Of a stretch of DNA of 64,000 bases, positions 28,253 through 36,988 are shown piece by piece. Where the stretch lies: positions 248,001-312,000 of IMG/VR virus record IMGVR_UViG_3300023257_000007. The stretch is one strand, 5' to 3'. How positions within the stretch are numbered: the stretch's first letter is position 1; the number at the start of each line of letters is the position of its first letter. Made by a program: the position numbers and the translations under genes. The notes below the pieces were generated by a model that was given only the letters and a program-made list of their open reading frames with translations, was not told where the DNA came from and did not search any database.

Positions 28253-28686
28253 GAAAAATTAGAAAAATAAACGAAGCGTACTGGCAAAGTGACATGAGCC
28301 CAGAAAAAAGAAGAAAATTAGCTGAAGAACTAATTAAATATTTAAGAGAAGAAGTTAAAGAAAAAGACGACAAAGAAAAGCTAGGATTATTATTTATGCA
28401 TTTCTGTGGTGATAGAGGATTGTCATTTACTGAAGCAAGAGATCTTGATAAAGAAGTGGGTGACATGAGTGCAGAAATGTTAATGTTAGGAGATTTATCA
28501 GAATATATTGAAAAAATAATTAAAGAATTATTTATAAAATATGGTAATGGTAAAGATGATATTTATGATAAAACAAATTTCTTAAAATATTTAAATAAAA
28601 AAATTGATTGGTTGTCTAATATTTATGATTCACCATCTGAAATAGAAAATCTTGAAAAAGTAAGAAATCGTTTTGAAAATTATTAA
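28249..28686 (+). CDS. Hypothetical protein, N-tag-like start
   Basis: MRKIRKINEA...; internal EKLGLLF. Confidence 0.8.
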   Translation: MRKIRKINEAYWQSDMSPEKRRKLAEELIKYLREEVKEKDDKEKLGLLFMHFCGDRGLSFTEARDLDKEVGDMSAEMLMLGDLSEYIEKIIKELFIKYGNGKDDIYDKTNFLKYLNKKIDWLSNIYDSPSEIENLEKVRNRFENY

Positions 28687-28986
28687 ATGAAACATTTAAA
28701 GACATATAATGAAAATCAATTTATTAAAGACCATTTAAGTGGTGATGGTAAATCATTAGATTTAGATAAGTTAAATCTAACTGAATTACCTAAATTACCT
28801 GAAGGATTAGAAAGATTAGATTGTGATAATAACCTATTAACAGAATTACCTGAATTACCAAAAGGCTTAGAAAGATTATATTGTTATGATAACAAATTAC
28901 CTTATAATGATTTAAAAGGATATTGGAAATGGTTCTGGGAACAAAATCCAGACCTTTATAATGCAAATAAAATGGGATTATATTAA
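28687..28986 (+). CDS. Short-LRR protein (2 repeats), N-tag and C-tag A
   Basis: Minimal member with both caps. Confidence 0.95.
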   Translation: MKHLKTYNENQFIKDHLSGDGKSLDLDKLNLTELPKLPEGLERLDCDNNLLTELPELPKGLERLYCYDNKLPYNDLKGYWKWFWEQNPDLYNANKMGLY

Positions 28987-29405
28987 TGAAATATTTAAAA
29001 ACATATTCAGAAAATAAATTAATTAAAGACAATTTAAGTAATAATGGTAAAACATTAGATTTAAGTGATTTAAATTTAAAAGAATTACCTGAATTACCTG
29101 AAGGATTAGAAAGATTAGATTGTGATAATAACAGATTAACTGAATTACCTGAATTACCTGAAGGATTAAGATATTTAGATTGTGATAATAATCAATTAAC
29201 TGAATTACCTGAATTACCAAAAGGATTAGAATCAATATGGTGCTATAATAATAAATTAACTGAATTACCTGAATTACCTAAAGGGTTAAAAATATTAGAT
29301 TGTGATTATAACAAATTACCTTATAATGATTTAGAAGAATATTGGGAATGGTTTTGGAAGGAAAATCCAGATTTAAATCAAGCAAACAAATTAGGATTAT
29401 ATTAA
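28986..29405 (+). CDS. Short-LRR protein (4 repeats), N-tag and C-tag A
   Basis: MKYLKTYSEN...QANKLGLY. Confidence 0.95.
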   Translation: MKYLKTYSENKLIKDNLSNNGKTLDLSDLNLKELPELPEGLERLDCDNNRLTELPELPEGLRYLDCDNNQLTELPELPKGLESIWCYNNKLTELPELPKGLKILDCDYNKLPYNDLEEYWEWFWKENPDLNQANKLGLY

Positions 29406-29420
29406 AAATAATAAAAAATC

Positions 29421-29837
29421 ATGGCAAAGAAATCATTACAAGATAAAGCAAACTTTATAGATAATGTAATAACAGATAAAGGAACATTTACATTAAGTAC
29501 AAAAACAGTTAAATGGATAATTGGTTTACTAATAGTAGGAACATTAACTATTCTTGGTATGTCTTGGAAATATAAAATATCATTAGATACTAAAATAGAA
29601 AATATGGGGATTAAAATTAATAAAGAACTTATAGTAGTGAAGAATAATTTAACTAAAATAATAGAAGTGCTTGAAAAAGAAGATGTAAAACCAAATACCA
29701 AAAAAAATTATGAACAAGATGGAACAATTGGTATATTATTAGATAGAACTAACTCTAAAGACAGAAATGTAAATAACAATAGAGAAAGGCCTGATGATAT
29801 TAATAATCGACCACCTCCACCAATATTGAACAATTAA
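29421..29837 (+). CDS. Single-pass membrane protein with a coiled-coil-like tail
   Basis: WIIGLLIVGTLTILGMSW hydrophobic segment. Confidence 0.7.
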   Translation: MAKKSLQDKANFIDNVITDKGTFTLSTKTVKWIIGLLIVGTLTILGMSWKYKISLDTKIENMGIKINKELIVVKNNLTKIIEVLEKEDVKPNTKKNYEQDGTIGILLDRTNSKDRNVNNNRERPDDINNRPPPPILNN

Positions 29838-29839
29838 CT

Positions 29840-30127
29840 ATGAAAATTAAAAGATTTAACGAAAATTATAAACATAAATCAGTAGTGTACGGTACTAAAA
29901 ATAAAGAAATACCTGAATTTTTAGGCAAGTTTGCTGACTATATAATAGAAAATATTGATATATTACATGAATGGTATATTGATAGTGAAAATTATGTTAA
30001 TGAAAATTATATTGTTTTTGAATTAGTAGAACAATACGATGTTGATTTATGTATTAAAAATTTCACAAAATTACAAGAATATACTCTTATGATCCTGATA
30101 AATTTAAAAAAGATATGTATTTATTAG
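29840..30127 (+). CDS. N-tag-like hypothetical protein
   Basis: MKIKRFNENY... Confidence 0.65.
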   Translation: MKIKRFNENYKHKSVVYGTKNKEIPEFLGKFADYIIENIDILHEWYIDSENYVNENYIVFELVEQYDVDLCIKNFTKLQEYTLMILINLKKICIY

Positions 30128-30149
30128 AGGGTGGTAAATTAGGGTTACT

Positions 30150-30605
30150 TTAACCTATTATTTTAAGTAATTTTTGAAACAATTCTTCTTTATCAACAAT
30201 CTTACTTTGGTGTTTATCACCAATCAATCTTAAATCTTCAAGAGAATCTATATTTATTATATGAGTATTTTCAAACTCAATCGTATCATAATTACCTTCA
30301 CTGGTGGTAAGTATAATAAGGTGATCATCATCAAAAAACCCTTTTACCATTTCTTTTAAATCAGAAATTTTTTGTATAGTATTACTTGATTTACCTGTTG
30401 TTGACGCAATAAAAATATAATAATTTTTAAGGTTTTTATTATGAGTTACTGTATAATCAACTGGTTGTAAATAAGACGATTTTTTTATTGTAATTTCATC
30501 AAATCCAAAACTTCCAAATAAAAGTTCTAAAAATACCATATTTATTTCATATCTGGTTATTAATTCTTTATTTTTCTGTATCTTCTTTATCTTTGACTTC
30601 TTCAT
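30150..30605 (-). CDS. Hypothetical protein
   Basis: ORF track, 151 aa. Confidence 0.7.
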   Translation of the reverse strand: MKKSKIKKIQKNKELITRYEINMVFLELLFGSFGFDEITIKKSSYLQPVDYTVTHNKNLKNYYIFIASTTGKSSNTIQKISDLKEMVKGFFDDDHLIILTTSEGNYDTIEFENTHIINIDSLEDLRLIGDKHQSKIVDKEELFQKLLKIIG

Positions 30606-30606
30606 T

Positions 30607-30930
30607 TTAAATTAAGTTTAATTTTATGCTTTCAGTTAATTCATTTTCAGTTAATCCGAGAAATGAATCTATATCTATTTTTACTATATTCATATTAAAT
30701 GTAACATAAGTAGTATATCCTTCAGTTGTATAAAAAGATTTATCTGATATAAAAGCTCTTTTTCTATTATTTATAATTTCAGTAACAACAAACATTTTAG
30801 AATAATTTTTAATATCATTTATTCTTATTCCAGTTGTGTCATAGTTATCTTTCTCTAATTTATTAAGAACTTTTAACGTTTCTCTTTCATTAATTACTTT
30901 TATTGCTGTTAAATTAAACATAGTTTTCAT
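30607..30930 (-). CDS. Small hypothetical protein, C-tag A
   Basis: Ends ESIKLNLI. Confidence 0.8.
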   Translation of the reverse strand: MKTMFNLTAIKVINERETLKVLNKLEKDNYDTTGIRINDIKNYSKMFVVTEIINNRKRAFISDKSFYTTEGYTTYVTFNMNIVKIDIDSFLGLTENELTESIKLNLI

Positions 30931-30987
30931 AGATTTTCTTTATTATTTAATACAATATACGAAATTCGTCCAAAAATAAAAAATAAC

Positions 30988-31212
30988 TTATAACAAACCA
31001 AACTTCTTAGATTCAACAAGAGACTTCAACATATTAAAATCATCATCAAGAATCAAAGAAAATTCATTATCAGGAAAACCAAATTGATCTAATGAATTTA
31101 TTGTTTTTTGATAAGTTTCTTTGTGTAATTTATAATAAATTATCATGATATTTCCTGTATATTTAAAAAGTTTTTTATCTTTTCTATTTCCTCTGTCGTT
31201 AAAGAATTCCAA
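30988..31212 (-). CDS. Small hypothetical protein, C-tag A (start uncertain; may be a frameshifted continuation of 31143-31535)
   Basis: Ends ESKKFGLL. Confidence 0.6.
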   Translation of the reverse strand: MEFFNDRGNRKDKKLFKYTGNIMIIYYKLHKETYQKTINSLDQFGFPDNEFSLILDDDFNMLKSLVESKKFGLL

Positions 31213-31535
31213 ATAACATTATCTCCATTAACATTAAATATTAAACAAAAATTATCAACAGGCACAAACTCAAGTTCTGATCTATGAACAGACCATTCAA
31301 GATTATTCTCAAATTTTACTCTTAATTTATTTCCTTCTTCTGATATAATTTCACCTTTTGTACCAACTGGTAAATCAAATTCATCACCACCATAATAACA
31401 ATATTTGACTGGACTATACGATCTTTTTTTAATGACAAATGATTTACCATTAGTAATACTCAATCTATGAATACTTGACACTTTAATTATTTCTCTATCA
31501 CCTAATTTGATAAATTCAATATTATTAATTCCCAT
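31143..31535 (-). CDS. Hypothetical protein with an SH3/KOW-like beta segment
   Basis: LPVGTKGEIISEEGNKLRVKFENNLEWSVHRSEL. Confidence 0.55.
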   Translation of the reverse strand: MGINNIEFIKLGDREIIKVSSIHRLSITNGKSFVIKKRSYSPVKYCYYGGDEFDLPVGTKGEIISEEGNKLRVKFENNLEWSVHRSELEFVPVDNFCLIFNVNGDNVIWNSLTTEEIEKIKNFLNIQEIS

Positions 31536-31682
31536 TTATTGTAATTATTTTTAATTTTTTCTAAATATTTTACAAAATTCCTCAACACTAACCCTATTTT
31601 ATATACTAACCATCCACCTTCTGATAATATTACTCCAATTATAATTCCTAATAATATCCACATAATTTATTCTCTTATTTAT

Positions 31683-31973
31683 TTATAATAATTGTAATTT
31701 TTTTGCCTCTATCAACATTGATAATTCATCAAAATCGAACTCCCATGCCATAGTTTTAATTATTTCCCATTTATGAACCTGTTTCTGATAATGTATAAAA
31801 GCATCTTCAGAAGTATATGATGGTAAACTTTTTAATAAAGTATCATCTATAATATAAAATAATGTATTAGTACTATTATTTACATCTAGCTTAACTCCCT
31901 TATTTTTAAAATAATTCAATATTTGAGTTTTGTCATTAAACTTATATGTACGTATAATTATAATTTTTTTCAT
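31683..31973 (-). CDS. Small hypothetical protein, C-tag A
   Basis: Ends EAKKLQLL. Confidence 0.8.
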   Translation of the reverse strand: MKKIIIIRTYKFNDKTQILNYFKNKGVKLDVNNSTNTLFYIIDDTLLKSLPSYTSEDAFIHYQKQVHKWEIIKTMAWEFDFDELSMLIEAKKLQLL

Positions 31974-32266
31974 AATAAGTTCATTTTTGTAGCGTCAATA
32001 ACCATATCTATTTCATAAATATTATGTAATTCAATATCAAAATTACATTTTCCAACTATCCAATTTAATTTGTTTGTTCCAATTTCATGTTTTAAATATA
32101 CATCTATAGTATTATTAAATATTAATGACTTAAACACTTCCATACTTAATGCAGATATTCTTTCACAGGTAGGTAAGTCTGGAAAGAAGAATACACCTTT
32201 ATTAAAGAATTTTTCACAATATTCATGAAATATTTTTTCTGTTTCACATTTTATAACACACATCAT
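31970..32266 (-). CDS. Small hypothetical protein, C-tag A
   Basis: Ends DATKMNLL. Confidence 0.8.
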   Translation of the reverse strand: MMCVIKCETEKIFHEYCEKFFNKGVFFFPDLPTCERISALSMEVFKSLIFNNTIDVYLKHEIGTNKLNWIVGKCNFDIELHNIYEIDMVIDATKMNLL

Positions 32267-32586
32267 AATAATCCTAATTTTTGTGCTATTACAGCAGATT
32301 GTAAATCTAAATTTTCATCATATACAAAATAGTTATAATTTCTAAGTGTTTTGTAATATTCTCTATTAACATAGAAAGTTTCATTATAAAACATCTTTTT
32401 AATTTCTTTCTCTTTATGTTCATCTTTATATAATACTAAACAAGTTTTAACAAATTTAAAATCCATTTCTATTATAGCAGCACTTCCGGTATTCCAAATA
32501 TATCCTAATGATATAAGATACTTCTGGGCTTGTATGTGGTTTAATTCAGATACCTCAATTAATATGTAATCTCTATTATTTACCAT
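32263..32586 (-). CDS. Small hypothetical protein, C-tag A
   Basis: Ends IAQKLGLL. Confidence 0.8.
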   Translation of the reverse strand: MVNNRDYILIEVSELNHIQAQKYLISLGYIWNTGSAAIIEMDFKFVKTCLVLYKDEHKEKEIKKMFYNETFYVNREYYKTLRNYNYFVYDENLDLQSAVIAQKLGLL

Positions 32587-32921
32587 AATTTCATTTTTAA
32601 TGCATTAATACATACTTCTACATTTTCTATATCTTTAAATTCAAAAATATCAACAACTTCGAGATGTCTCTCTTCATTAAAAATATTATCAACTTCTGTA
32701 TAATATTTCTTCATCCATTTAGATTCATCATTACCCCAAAATATATGTTTTGTGCTGTCTTCTATACAATATTCTAAAAATAAATTACATCTACCTTCAA
32801 TATATACTATTTCATAACTATCTTCACTCCAGTAAAAATCAAGTTTAAATGCATATTTTTGAGCATCTATGAACTCTTCTTCAGATTTCGTTTTAATTGA
32901 TATTATTTGATGTTTTTTCAT
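32580..32921 (-). CDS. Small hypothetical protein, degenerate C-tag A
   Basis: Ends NALKMKLW. Confidence 0.8.
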   Translation of the reverse strand: MKKHQIISIKTKSEEEFIDAQKYAFKLDFYWSEDSYEIVYIEGRCNLFLEYCIEDSTKHIFWGNDESKWMKKYYTEVDNIFNEERHLEVVDIFEFKDIENVEVCINALKMKLW

Positions 32922-32989
32922 TATAAAATTTAGTTAATTATTCTAATATAATAAATTTATTCAAGAAATAAAAAAAATATATAGGAATA

Positions 32990-33364
32990 ATGAAATACAT
33001 AAAATCATATAACGAAAATAACTTAGAAAAAATCATTTCATTTATTGAAAACAATATTTTCATCAATTCAAAATATCACATTGTAAAAAGTGATAATTAC
33101 ATTGAATTAAGAGACTCAGATATGAATGATTATCATGGATCTAATATGATATTATCTACAATAATTAATGAAAAAGATCCATCAATTTTATATATTATAA
33201 ATATACTTAAAGACGAAATTAAAAAAGCAATCTCTGAATTAAAAATTAGGTATACTCTACGTTTCTGGTTCATTGAAGACTATTCAAAAATTGAAAAATT
33301 AATTGATGATTTTGTTACAAAAAATCAAGATTTATTACAAGCAAACCAATTAGGACTATTATAA
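32990..33364 (+). CDS. N-tagged, C-tag A hypothetical protein
   Basis: MKYIKSYNEN...QANQLGLL; AAATATATA at 32975-32983. Confidence 0.85.
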   Translation: MKYIKSYNENNLEKIISFIENNIFINSKYHIVKSDNYIELRDSDMNDYHGSNMILSTIINEKDPSILYIINILKDEIKKAISELKIRYTLRFWFIEDYSKIEKLIDDFVTKNQDLLQANQLGLL

Positions 33365-33822
33365 TGAAATATTTAGAAACATATATGCACAAGTTTTATA
33401 TTGATAATTTTAAATTAGAGGATGATAAAGAATTATATCTTGAATTTAATAAATTAATAGAAAAGATTAAAAAAGAATGGCCCTCAGAAAAATTATGGTT
33501 AGCACATGAACTAGGTTTACACCCTACATCTAAAACTATTGATAAATTATTATATGAAAGATGCGTGGAACTAATTAATAAATATGGTAATTTAAATTAT
33601 TTTAATGGAGTTGCTGAAATGGTTAAAATACCTACTTATATTGACATGTATATATTTAAAAATAGATATGATAATATAGGCATTGGTCATGCTTATGAAC
33701 CTGGGACCGATTGGTATTTTTATGATAAAATGAAAAATACTGAAAAAACAAAAATCAGAAATTTTATAATGAGCGATGAATTAGAACCAATGTTAGAAGC
33801 TGAAAAAATGGGAATATTATGA
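33364..33822 (+). CDS. N-tagged, C-tag A hypothetical protein
   Basis: MKYLETY...EAEKMGIL. Confidence 0.85.
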   Translation: MKYLETYMHKFYIDNFKLEDDKELYLEFNKLIEKIKKEWPSEKLWLAHELGLHPTSKTIDKLLYERCVELINKYGNLNYFNGVAEMVKIPTYIDMYIFKNRYDNIGIGHAYEPGTDWYFYDKMKNTEKTKIRNFIMSDELEPMLEAEKMGIL

Positions 33823-34538
33823 AATATTTAAAGACATATAATGAAAATCAATTAATTAAAGACCATTTAAAAGATAATGGTAAAACATTAGATTTAATTG
33901 ATTTAAATTTAACTGAATTACCTGAATTACCTGAAGGATTAAAAGAATTATATTGTGATGATAACCAATTAACTAAATTACCTGAATTACCTAAAGGATT
34001 AAAATTTTTAAATTGTGAAAATAACCAATTAACCGAATTACCTGAATTACCTAAAGGGTTAGAAAGATTATATTGTTATAATAATCAATTAACTGAATTA
34101 CCTGAATTACCTAAAAGATTAAAATATTTAAATTGTTATAATAACCTATTAACTGAATTACCTGAATTACCTAAGGGATTAAAAAGATTAGATTGTGAAA
34201 ATAATCAATTAACTGAATTGCCTGAATTACCTAAAGGTTTAGAAAAATTATATTGTTATAATAATAAATTAACTAAATTACCTGAATTACCTAAAGATTT
34301 AAAAACATTAGATTGTGAACATAACCAATTAACTAAATTACCTGAATTACCTAAAGGATTAGAAAGATTAGATTGTTATAATAATAAATTAACTAAATTA
34401 CCTGAATTACCTAAAGGATTAAAAAGATTATATTGTCATGATAACCAATTACCTTATAACAATTTAAAAGGATATTGGGAATGGTTTTGGAAAGAAAACC
34501 CAGACCTTTATAATGCAAAAAAGATGGGATTATATTAA
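33819..34538 (+). CDS. Short-LRR protein (9 repeats), N-tag and C-tag A
   Basis: Longest family member. Confidence 0.95.
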   Translation: MKYLKTYNENQLIKDHLKDNGKTLDLIDLNLTELPELPEGLKELYCDDNQLTKLPELPKGLKFLNCENNQLTELPELPKGLERLYCYNNQLTELPELPKRLKYLNCYNNLLTELPELPKGLKRLDCENNQLTELPELPKGLEKLYCYNNKLTKLPELPKDLKTLDCEHNQLTKLPELPKGLERLDCYNNKLTKLPELPKGLKRLYCHDNQLPYNNLKGYWEWFWKENPDLYNAKKMGLY

Positions 34539-34545
34539 TTTTCCT

Positions 34546-34972
34546 TTAAAACAACGATCTAATTTGATTATAAGAATCACAAAACATATCCTTTGGTAAA
34601 TCATCTATATGAACCCATTCCCAACCTTCACATTTATCAAGTTCCATATTTTTTACTTTAATTTTACTTCTATCAATGTTTTTAACAACAAAATATAATG
34701 TAGTATATTGTTTATCTCCAAAGAAATCTTCTGAAAATCCTACCTTTTCAAAATCTTTAGAAATTTTCCAACCATCGCCTTCCATTCCTAAATTAATACC
34801 TGTTTCTTCTAAAAGTTCTCTCACAGGCTCGTTGATATATTTCCATATACTCTAAATGCCCACCTGGGATTGAATATACACCAGTACCATGTGAACCTTT
34901 TCTTTTACCCATTAATATTTTGTTATCTTGACTAATTAGTATAACACCAACACCTACTCTTGCTTGTTTCAT
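34546..34972 (-). pseudogene. Nudix/MutT hydrolase with a frameshift inside the Nudix box
   Basis: From ATG 34972: MKQARVGVGVIL...SIPGGHLEYME; RELLEETG in another frame; only 19 nt where 21 are needed (x7). Confidence 0.75.
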
Positions 34973-34977
34973 ATCTT

Positions 34978-35232
34978 TTATTTTATTATATAATTATATT
35001 TTGACAGAGATTCAAAATTTTCATCTAATAAATTTTGAACGTATTCTAACGTATTTTCATAATCTTCTGATGTAAAATCAATTGATGTTACTAATGATTT
35101 TCTCAAATCTAACAAATAAATAAAATGTTCTAACAACACATCTAAATCTTTTGATTTTGGTTGCGATTTTCTTTTTAAAAATTTTATCATCGAATCTATT
35201 TTTTCTTGTTTTAATAATATTTCTTGTTTCAT
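34978..35232 (-). CDS. Hypothetical protein
   Basis: ORF track. Confidence 0.65.
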   Translation of the reverse strand: MKQEILLKQEKIDSMIKFLKRKSQPKSKDLDVLLEHFIYLLDLRKSLVTSIDFTSEDYENTLEYVQNLLDENFESLSKYNYIIK

Positions 35233-35678
35233 AATACTCCTAATTTTTTAGCTTCATTGCATATTAATATTTCTTTTAATGTTTTAAAAGCATCTTTATA
35301 ATGTGTATGTTTAAATGTACACCATGAATATGCATTACTGTCGCAATAAAATAGACCATTTTCAAATTCTCTTTTAAAATCACCAATATCTCCTATTATA
35401 TAACATTGATTTTTATTAAATAAAAATTCACCACAACATACATCAGAATTTTCACTATATAAAACAATATGTAAGTGTTTTGACCCATATGTTGAATATT
35501 CTTTTTCTAAATTAAATTCTACTAAACGTGATCCCTTCCCATCATCCCAATCTTTTGCCACCAGTTTAAAATCTTTATTTAAATAATTATTTTCAATTAG
35601 ATTTTCCACCAATTGGTTGTAATCTTCAATTGATTTACATAAAATATCCATAAAAGTGAGTTTTTCCATTTCCATCAT
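35229..35678 (-). CDS. Hypothetical protein, C-tag A; paralog of 35675 and 36055
   Basis: Ends EAKKLGVL. Confidence 0.85.
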   Translation of the reverse strand: MMEMEKLTFMDILCKSIEDYNQLVENLIENNYLNKDFKLVAKDWDDGKGSRLVEFNLEKEYSTYGSKHLHIVLYSENSDVCCGEFLFNKNQCYIIGDIGDFKREFENGLFYCDSNAYSWCTFKHTHYKDAFKTLKEILICNEAKKLGVL

Positions 35679-36058
35679 AATAATCCTAATTTTTTAGCTT
35701 CATGAAATATTTTTAAATTGTTAAAAGCACCTATCCATTGTAATGAATGTGAAAATTCAAATGTACACCAATCTTTACCTGTTGGTAACCACACACCATT
35801 ATTATATGGATATTCACCATCAAATTGTATAACTCTTAATTTAGATGACTTATGTAAAATAGTATTATCTTTTTGATCAAGTAAAATACAATGATACATC
35901 TTACCATTATTTATTTTTACATTTTCACCTTCCCAGTTACAAAATATAAAATCATTATTTAAAATATTCTTTGATTTTAATATTTCAGTAAATTGGACCA
36001 ATTCTTCAATAATTCTACACATGACATCCATATATACAATATTTTTCAAATCTATCAT
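35675..36058 (-). CDS. Hypothetical protein, C-tag A
   Basis: Ends EAKKLGLL. Confidence 0.85.
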   Translation of the reverse strand: MIDLKNIVYMDVMCRIIEELVQFTEILKSKNILNNDFIFCNWEGENVKINNGKMYHCILLDQKDNTILHKSSKLRVIQFDGEYPYNNGVWLPTGKDWCTFEFSHSLQWIGAFNNLKIFHEAKKLGLL

Positions 36059-36477
36059 AATAATCCTAATTTTTTACATATTTTATATTCCTTTAATTTT
36101 TTATATGTTTTAAATGCAACTTTATAATATTTTGATTTATATGAAACCCAACAATTTTCATCATATTCTACATAATGTTTATCTTTAATATAATATTCTT
36201 CATTATATCCAACATTTGTTATTAACAATAATTCGTCTCTTTTATAATCATATTCAGTTTGATATAATTCAACATAAATCTCTCTAATTGCTTCTTTTTT
36301 AAAATCAAATTCAACTAATGAAAATTTTTCATAACTCGATCCAGATTCCCATTTTTTGCGTAAAGACTTATAGTTTTTATCTAAAAAACCATCTTTAATT
36401 AAGTTTTTAATTAAAATATCATACTCTTCTAAAGATGCACAATCAATTCCAATATTTTTCAATTTTGCATAATTCAT
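36055..36477 (-). CDS. Hypothetical protein, C-tag A
   Basis: Ends ICKKLGLL. Confidence 0.85.
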   Translation of the reverse strand: MNYAKLKNIGIDCASLEEYDILIKNLIKDGFLDKNYKSLRKKWESGSSYEKFSLVEFDFKKEAIREIYVELYQTEYDYKRDELLLITNVGYNEEYYIKDKHYVEYDENCWVSYKSKYYKVAFKTYKKLKEYKICKKLGLL

Positions 36478-36539
36478 ACTTTAATATACAAATTATATTC
36501 TGAAAATAAAAAATCGTTTAAATTTTTGAAAAATTATCA

Positions 36540-36549
36540 TTAATATATA
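36540..36549 (+). promoter_or_regulatory. TTAATATATA promoter-like motif
   Basis: Exact motif 8 nt upstream of N-tagged 36558. Confidence 0.55.
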
Positions 36550-36557
36550 TTTATTAG

Positions 36558-36938
36558 ATGAAATTTTTAAAAACATATGAAACATATAAAGAACCAATTT
36601 GGATGCAAGAAATTTATAAATTGCAAAAGAAATGTGATGATTATTATCATTCAAATTCAAAAGAAATAGATTTAGATCCATTTGCAACAATACCTATTAA
36701 CATAGAACATAAAGGAATTAAGTATAATTATTTAACAATAACAGAATTTGGTTATTATTTAACAGATGACGATAAATTTTTATCTCTTGATAATGCTAAT
36801 TCTAATTGGTCAGATTTTTCTTTTAAAGAACATTATGTTAGAGAAAATCCAATATTAATACAAAAATTATTTGATTTAATGAATATTGATTATAATATTA
36901 TCATAGATATTGAATCTGAAAAATTAGGTGTTTTGTAA
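36558..36938 (+). CDS. N-tagged, C-tag A hypothetical protein
   Basis: MKFLKTYETY...ESEKLGVL. Confidence 0.85.
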   Translation: MKFLKTYETYKEPIWMQEIYKLQKKCDDYYHSNSKEIDLDPFATIPINIEHKGIKYNYLTITEFGYYLTDDDKFLSLDNANSNWSDFSFKEHYVRENPILIQKLFDLMNIDYNIIIDIESEKLGVL

Positions 36939-36953
36939 AATGGAGAATTATTA

Positions 36954-36963
36954 TTAATATATA
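36954..36963 (+). promoter_or_regulatory. TTAATATATA promoter-like motif
   Basis: Exact motif upstream of 36989. Confidence 0.55.
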
Positions 36964-36988
36964 TCTGTAAGAAAAATAATATCTTTTA

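Noticed and set aside
33890-34450. 60-bp periodic repeats read as a CRISPR array or non-coding tandem repeat
   Set aside because: They are in-frame coding LRR modules with no unique spacers, and no cas genes are present.
3377-34538. Diversity-generating retroelement behind LRR variation
   Set aside because: There is no reverse transcriptase in the window. Differences between copies are not confined to adenines (e.g. TAT/GAC/GGT/ACT at the same codon), and no template/variable repeat pair is evident. An RT elsewhere in the genome cannot be excluded.
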